DNA of 63,953 nucleotides, the filler included, from Acidimicrobiia bacterium (GTDB lineage: Bacteria; Actinomycetota; Acidimicrobiia; Spongiisociales; CAZKJJ01): NCBI GenBank assembly GCA_046759765.1. It is 8 parts of 8 records of this genome, joined end to end, with 100 filler letters (N's around TTAATTAATTAA, not from the genome) between each part and the next. Parts side by side here need not be neighbours in the genome. Positions count along the whole stretch, not along the records: positions 59,138 to 63,953 come from JBHICV010000167.1; 7 more parts are not named here. The stretch is one strand, 5' to 3'. A model generated the notes under the pieces. It searched no databases, had not been told where the DNA came from, and saw nothing but the letters and a program-made list of their open reading frames with translations. Shown here one piece after another: positions 59,140 through 63,953 of the stretch; positions within the stretch are counted from its first letter, which is position 1, and the number at the start of each line of letters is the position of its first letter. The position numbers were made by a program, and so were the translations under genes.

Positions 59140-61134
59140 GTCGGCACCAGCCTCTTCGCTCCACTAATTGTTCTCGAAGGGCCGGGGTGGGAGACCGCAG
59201 CCAAGATGGTTGGGATCCTCTCGGTGGAGGAGCTTCCTCGCTACTGGGTCTCCCTCGCCGGGATAAGCCTCATTGCCTTCTTTCTCGTGTTCCCCAGCGG
59301 ACGCTGGGTACCGACCTGGGCCAGCTACGCGGTCGCGGCGCTCGGGGCGCTTCTTGTGCTCACTACGGTCCTTCCGGACGGGCCGTTCGATCCGGCCGCC
59401 TGGCCCGAGCTGCTGAGTCGGATGTGGGCTCTCGGGATCCCCCTGGCCGTAGTTGCTTCCCAGGTCTACCGGACGGCCATGCTCTCTGAACCTGACGAGA
59501 GTCTGCGCGCCCGTCCCGTCTTGGTGGCGTTCGTCGTTGCCGTTGCCACCTTCGCGGTGCTCTGGGTGCTCAAACCCGAGCTGTCCACCGATGCCTTCGG
59601 CCTCGTTCTCGCTACGGACCGGCTCCGCGCCATCTATGACGTGAACCTCCTGATTCTCCTCACGACCGCCGTCTTCTTGTTCCCGGTCTCGATCGGCTTT
59701 GCAGTTTTCCGATATCGGCTGTTCGACATTGAGCTGGTGGCGAACCGGGCGCTGGTGTATGGCGCCTTATCAGCTCTGGTGGTGCTTGCGTTCGTATCTG
59801 TTGCGAGTGTGATCGTTCTTCTCTCAGGTCAGCAGATGGGGGCACAGCTCACGGGTTCCCAGGCCGGAATCGCCGGTGCAATAACGGGCGCGTTCCTGGT
59901 GGCAGTTTTCCGGCCTGCGCGGCGCCGGATCCAGTCGATCGTTGACCGGCGCTTTTACCGCGAGAAGTACGACGCCGAACAGACCGTTGAGGCCTTTGCA
60001 GTTCGAGCCAACGAGGTCGTCGATCTGACAGTGCTCGAGCAGCAGGTGCGCGACGTGATCTTCGAGACGCTTCATCCGACAGGGATGGGGCTGTGGCTCC
60101 GTGAACAGGCAGGCCGAGAAATCGACTTGGACCTGGACACTCAACAGTTCTTGCTCGAGGCCGGTGAAGCAGTCGACCTCGGGCAGGCCCCGGCCATGGT
60201 CGAGCATCTGCGAGCGGGCGGCTACCAGGTTGCGTGTCCGCTTATTTCGCAGAAAGAGTTGGTAGGAGCCTTGCTTCTCGGTCCGCGAGAGGGGGAAATG
60301 CGCTATTCGTCTTTGGATCTCGAGCTGCTTGACCGGCTGTGCTCCCGGGCAGCTCCCGCCTTCCGGATGAGCCAGCTGGTGCGGGAGCAGGAGGCAGAGG
60401 CGCTCCAGCGCGAACGCGTTGCCCAGGAGATGGACGTCGCCCGCCGCATTCAGCACGATCTCCTTCCTCGTGAGGTACCTGAGCTGACTGGTTGGGAGAT
60501 CGACGTGTTCTACGAACCTGCTCGGGAAGTGGGCGGTGACTTCTACGACTTCATTCCTTTGGAAGGGGAGCAGCTCGCGGTCGTGGTGGCCGATGTCGCG
60601 GATAAGGGAGTTCCAGCTGCCATGGTGATGGCGACGTGCCGGACACTGCTACGCGGGGCGGCCGAAGGCCGGTCGCCGACCGAGGTCTTGGCCACTGTGA
60701 ACGACCTGCTACTTCCCGACATACCCGAGGCCATGTTCGTGACCTGCCTCTACGGGGTCCTGGACCCGAGTAGTGGGCGATTTGTGTTCGCCAACGCCGG
60801 CCACAACCTGCCGTATGTGGCACACGACGGCCAAGCTGATGAGGTGCGAGCCACCGGCATGCCCCTCGGGCTTCTGCCCGAGTCGGAATACGACGCCGCG
60901 GAGATCAACGTGCAGCCGGGGGACGTGGTGGTGCTCTCGAGCGACGGTCTGGTGGAGGCGCACGGATCCGGGCGCGAGATGTTCGGGTTCCCGCGGATGG
61001 TGAGCGAAATAGAGAACACCCCGCGGGGCGAGTCCATCATTCAGAACCTCTTAGACGCCCTGAAGGCTTTCGTCGGTGCTCGGTGGGAGCAAGAAGACGA
61101 CATAACACTGCTGACCGTTCGCCGGCTTTCGTAA
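59140..61134 (+). CDS. Membrane PP2C/SpoIIE (RsbU-type) phosphatase with GAF-like domain, 5' truncated
   Basis: RYRLFDI, VDRRFYR; EVGGDFYD, ADVADKG, NAGH, SDGLVE and EDDITL motifs. Confidence 0.93.
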   Translation, partial: VGTSLFAPLIVLEGPGWETAAKMVGILSVEELPRYWVSLAGISLIAFFLVFPSGRWVPTWASYAVAALGALLVLTTVLPDGPFDPAAWPELLSRMWALGIPLAVVASQVYRTAMLSEPDESLRARPVLVAFVVAVATFAVLWVLKPELSTDAFGLVLATDRLRAIYDVNLLILLTTAVFLFPVSIGFAVFRYRLFDIELVANRALVYGALSALVVLAFVSVASVIVLLSGQQMGAQLTGSQAGIAGAITGAFLVAVFRPARRRIQSIVDRRFYREKYDAEQTVEAFAVRANEVVDLTVLEQQVRDVIFETLHPTGMGLWLREQAGREIDLDLDTQQFLLEAGEAVDLGQAPAMVEHLRAGGYQVACPLISQKELVGALLLGPREGEMRYSSLDLELLDRLCSRAAPAFRMSQLVREQEAEALQRERVAQEMDVARRIQHDLLPREVPELTGWEIDVFYEPAREVGGDFYDFIPLEGEQLAVVVADVADKGVPAAMVMATCRTLLRGAAEGRSPTEVLATVNDLLLPDIPEAMFVTCLYGVLDPSSGRFVFANAGHNLPYVAHDGQADEVRATGMPLGLLPESEYDAAEINVQPGDVVVLSSDGLVEAHGSGREMFGFPRMVSEIENTPRGESIIQNLLDALKAFVGARWEQEDDITLLTVRRLS

Positions 61135-61168
61135 CGATTTCGGAACGGCCGTTGGCAAGGCTGGTTCC

Positions 61169-62047
61169 GTGATGGCACATGCGCAGACTCGACCGGGCGG
61201 AACCCTGATGTGGTTGGGCCGGTCCGCGCTTGCGGGAGTTGGAGGGGGCCTCGTGCTGGGGGTGGGACTCCGGGCTGCGATGCGCGTCGCCGCGGTCTCC
61301 GAGGGTCAGGAGACGAGTTTCACCATCGGGGGGACGTTCTTCATCCTCCTGGTGGGGGCCGCCATTGGAGTGATCATCGGGGCCCTCTACGGGGGCGTTC
61401 GGCGTTGGGTCCCGGGGGCCGGTCTCGGCAAGGGAGCCATCTTCGGTTTCGTCCTTGCTCTTTTGGTCGGGGCATTGCTGTTCGGTCCCTCCGGAAGTGA
61501 GGCTCGGACGATCGGCTCTCCGCTGTTGAACATGCTGACGTTCGGTGGCTCGATTGTCCTGTTGGGCATCGGAATCGAGTGGATGTGGCCGCGAATCGAG
61601 AAACGACCCGCGATGAGCCGAAGGGCAGGCGCGGGGGAAGTATCCGGCGCCATTGTCGGGATAGGTGCCGCGCTGGTGCTCACGGTCTTTGCTCTCGCAA
61701 GGTGGATGGCCGAAACGCCAGATGGATTCTGGCTCACGCTCGGTCTTTTCGTCGGCTTCGCGGCCGAAGGGCTGTTGCTGGGCGCGGTATTAGGCGTCTT
61801 CTACGGTCTGGTCAGGCGCGGAGGACGCTGGTCCCGTGTCGTCTACCCCGTCGCTTTGGTCGTTCTTTGGCTCGTCGTGGTTCTGACTGCTGGCGACGAC
61901 GGGATGACCGGTCCGGACGCAACCGAGATCGTGGCCATAGTGGCGCTGGTTCTGGCCGGATTCGGGGTCGCCAGCGCCTGGCTGACCGAGCGTCTGCTGC
62001 GTGCTGCACCCGTTTTGGTGACGTCTATGCCCCCTATAGGTGGATAG
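61169..62047 (+). CDS. Multi-pass membrane protein of unknown function
   Basis: About eight TM helices with internal duplication (GALYGGVRR/GVFYGLVRR); stop lies inside a REP-like element. Confidence 0.8.
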   Translation: MMAHAQTRPGGTLMWLGRSALAGVGGGLVLGVGLRAAMRVAAVSEGQETSFTIGGTFFILLVGAAIGVIIGALYGGVRRWVPGAGLGKGAIFGFVLALLVGALLFGPSGSEARTIGSPLLNMLTFGGSIVLLGIGIEWMWPRIEKRPAMSRRAGAGEVSGAIVGIGAALVLTVFALARWMAETPDGFWLTLGLFVGFAAEGLLLGAVLGVFYGLVRRGGRWSRVVYPVALVVLWLVVVLTAGDDGMTGPDATEIVAIVALVLAGFGVASAWLTERLLRAAPVLVTSMPPIGG

Positions 62048-62121
62048 GCGTCACCAAAAGGAAGGGGCTCCGTTTTTGTGACGTCTACCCCCCCTATAGG
62101 TGGATGGGCGTCACCAAAACG
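62011..62121. repeat. Two tandem ~50-bp palindromic REP-like elements (family 2), 60-bp period
   Basis: CGTTTTGGTGACGTCTA..CCTATAGG..TAGGCGTCACCAAAA at 62011-62060 and 62071-62121. Confidence 0.9.
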
Positions 62122-62127
62122 AGTGAC

Positions 62128-63291
62128 TCAGTCCCACCAGACGTCTTGGTCGACGACTCCCTGACCGATGAGGTTCTTCTGGATCTGGGTGGTGCCCTCG
62201 ACGATGGTGAGCTGGCGGGCGTCCCGGTAGTACAGCTCGGTGATGTGATCCTTCATGTAGCCGGCGGCGCCGAGCAGCTGGACGGCCCAGCCTGAAGCCT
62301 TCACAGCCAGCTCGGTGGCGAAGTACTTGGACATGGACAAGAAGGGCGCGTACTCCTTGCTGTACTTGCCCTCGTCGACCAGACGGGCGGCACGGTAGGT
62401 GAGAAGGCGGGCAGCTTCGATCTCCGTGGCGAGCTCGGCGTATGTCCACCGAACGCCTTGAAAGTCAGCAATCGTCTGGCCGAAGGCGTGGCGCTCCTTG
62501 TCGTATGAGACCGCATACATGAGAGCACCCTCGGCCAGCCCGATGCCGCGGGCGGCTACGATCGGGCGCATCGAGTTGAGGGCCAGCATGGCGGTCCTGA
62601 ACCCGGTTCCCTCGTCCCCGATGCGGTTCGCGTCGGGGACCCACACGTCGTTGAAGATGACCTCGGCGGTGGGGATCGCCTTGACCCCCATTTTGCGATC
62701 GATCGTGCCGATCGACACACCTTCTGCCGATCTGGGAACGACAAAGGCCGAGAAGCCTCGGTGCCCCGCCTCGGGATCGGTCTTGGCAAACACCGAGTAG
62801 AAGTCGGCCACCGTCGCTCCTGACATCCACACCTTGCGGGCGTTGATCCGATAGCCGTCGCCGTCCCGAACAGCCTTGGATGTCTGTCCTGCCACCCACG
62901 AGCCGGCGTCCACTTCAGAGAGTGCGAAGGCTCCGCGAATACGACCCTCTGCCACTCCCGGCACCCATTCGCGCTTCTGCTCCTCACTGCCGGCTACGAG
63001 GATCGGGCTGGTCGGCAGCCTGCTGAGGAGAAGCATCAACGCAGACGACTGACAGTATTTGCCCACTTCCTCGATCGCCAGAACGAGGCCAAGTGTTCCC
63101 GCTCCAGAACCTCCGTAGTCCTCCGGTAGACCAATCCCCATCAAGCCCATATCGGAGAAGAGCTGGAAGAGGTGCTCGGGGTACTCCTCCTTCTCGTCGA
63201 GTTCCTGGGCGATCGGCTTGACCTTCTCCTGCGCCATCCGACGGACGGTCATCTGGAGCTCATGCAGCTCCTCGGGCAGCCCGAAGTCCAT
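62128..63291 (-). CDS. Acyl-CoA dehydrogenase
   Basis: MDFGL, LPEDYGG, FALSE..AGS, KMGVKA, FGQTIADFQ and IVEGTTQIQ motifs; start moved to ATG 63291. Confidence 0.95.
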   Translation of the reverse strand: MDFGLPEELHELQMTVRRMAQEKVKPIAQELDEKEEYPEHLFQLFSDMGLMGIGLPEDYGGSGAGTLGLVLAIEEVGKYCQSSALMLLLSRLPTSPILVAGSEEQKREWVPGVAEGRIRGAFALSEVDAGSWVAGQTSKAVRDGDGYRINARKVWMSGATVADFYSVFAKTDPEAGHRGFSAFVVPRSAEGVSIGTIDRKMGVKAIPTAEVIFNDVWVPDANRIGDEGTGFRTAMLALNSMRPIVAARGIGLAEGALMYAVSYDKERHAFGQTIADFQGVRWTYAELATEIEAARLLTYRAARLVDEGKYSKEYAPFLSMSKYFATELAVKASGWAVQLLGAAGYMKDHITELYYRDARQLTIVEGTTQIQKNLIGQGVVDQDVWWD

Positions 63292-63315
63292 GGTCGAGAG
63301 GGTAGCGTCGGGTCG

Positions 63316-63953
63316 GTGACGACCCGTTCTCGCATCACCAGCTTCGGCCCTTCCGGAGTCGAGGCCCGTCAGGACCTTCTCGCCTCCGAGGCTCCCATGG
63401 AGATCAGGCTCGACGACACACCCCTCGCTGTGATTATGCGCACTCCTGGCGACGAAGAGGATCTGGCGCTTGGATTCGCGCTCACCGAAGGGATCGTCAG
63501 CTCGCCGACTGAGATCGCCGATGTCCGCCGGCTGCCGGGAGATCCGGAGGACGCCCGCTGGGAGCTCGTTCTTGCGCCCGGGGTGGCCGTTGATGCTGAG
63601 CAGTTTCGTCGCAATGCGTACACGACTTCCTCTTGCGGGATATGCGGAAAGGCATCGATTGATGCAGTGCGCGTGGCCGCACCGGCGGCCATCGAGGGGC
63701 CAATGGTGGACGCCGACGTTCTGCTCGCGCTTCCGAGTCGGCTGCAGGCGCAACAGGACGCGTTCGCGGCTACAGGTGGCCTCCATGCTGCCGGTGCCTT
63801 CACGCCCTTCGGCGAGCTGGTGGATATCCGTGAGGACGTCGGTCGACACAACGCGGTTGACAAGCTCGTCGGGGCTCTAGCCGTCGAGCGGTGGCCCTTG
63901 GGCGGGCTCGTTCTGATGGTGTCGGGAAGGGCCAGCTTCGAGATCGTTCAGAA
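63316..63953 (+). CDS. fdhD: Formate dehydrogenase accessory sulfurtransferase FdhD, runs off window
   Basis: Own translation (not in ORF track): MRTPGDEEDLALGFALTEG, SSCGICGK, TGGLHAA, EDVGRHNAVDK, SGRASFE. Confidence 0.95.
   Translation, partial: MTTRSRITSFGPSGVEARQDLLASEAPMEIRLDDTPLAVIMRTPGDEEDLALGFALTEGIVSSPTEIADVRRLPGDPEDARWELVLAPGVAVDAEQFRRNAYTTSSCGICGKASIDAVRVAAPAAIEGPMVDADVLLALPSRLQAQQDAFAATGGLHAAGAFTPFGELVDIREDVGRHNAVDKLVGALAVERWPLGGLVLMVSGRASFEIVQ

Noticed and set aside
62011..62121. Mini-CRISPR
   Set aside because: Two 50-bp palindromes with a 10-bp spacer and no cas genes; REP-like instead
63292..63849. N-terminal extension of the acyl-CoA dehydrogenase in the ORF track
   Set aside because: Overlaps fdhD on the opposite strand; family similarity starts at MDFGL (63291)

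Overview
GC-rich actinobacterial DNA; the BldD homologue, F420 synthase genes, BTAD/STAND regulators and leaderless genes suggest an Acidimicrobiia-type MAG (inference). It is not one locus. Eight contigs are joined by 100-bp N..TTAATTAATTAA..N linkers, with internal lengths descending from 8507 to 7946 bp, so adjacency across linkers is meaningless. Housekeeping contigs carry holA-rpsT-lepA-CIRCE-hrcA-dnaJ-bldD-phoH-7TM/HD and ffh-rpsP-khpA-rimM plus cofG/cofH. Metabolic contigs carry a ClC transporter, PFK, acyl-CoA ligase, boxC-boxB, a molybdo-hydroxylase operon, an acyl-CoA dehydrogenase and fdhD. The two most accessory-looking contigs (1 and 7) hold the main signal. A degenerate 28-bp site, consensus CCGCCCATAT-CGGCAC-ATATG with dif/tyrosine-recombinase core geometry, occurs five times in direct orientation just after stop codons in contig 1, dividing it into small gene modules. 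It occurs once more where an IS30 remnant breaks off in contig 7. This is a candidate integron-like or dif-module cassette array; no recombinase lies in the window, so it remains a hypothesis. Also present are a tRNA-Phe 3'-half att-like scar with arm-type repeats, two families of ~50-bp palindromic REP-like elements and several unusual domain architectures.
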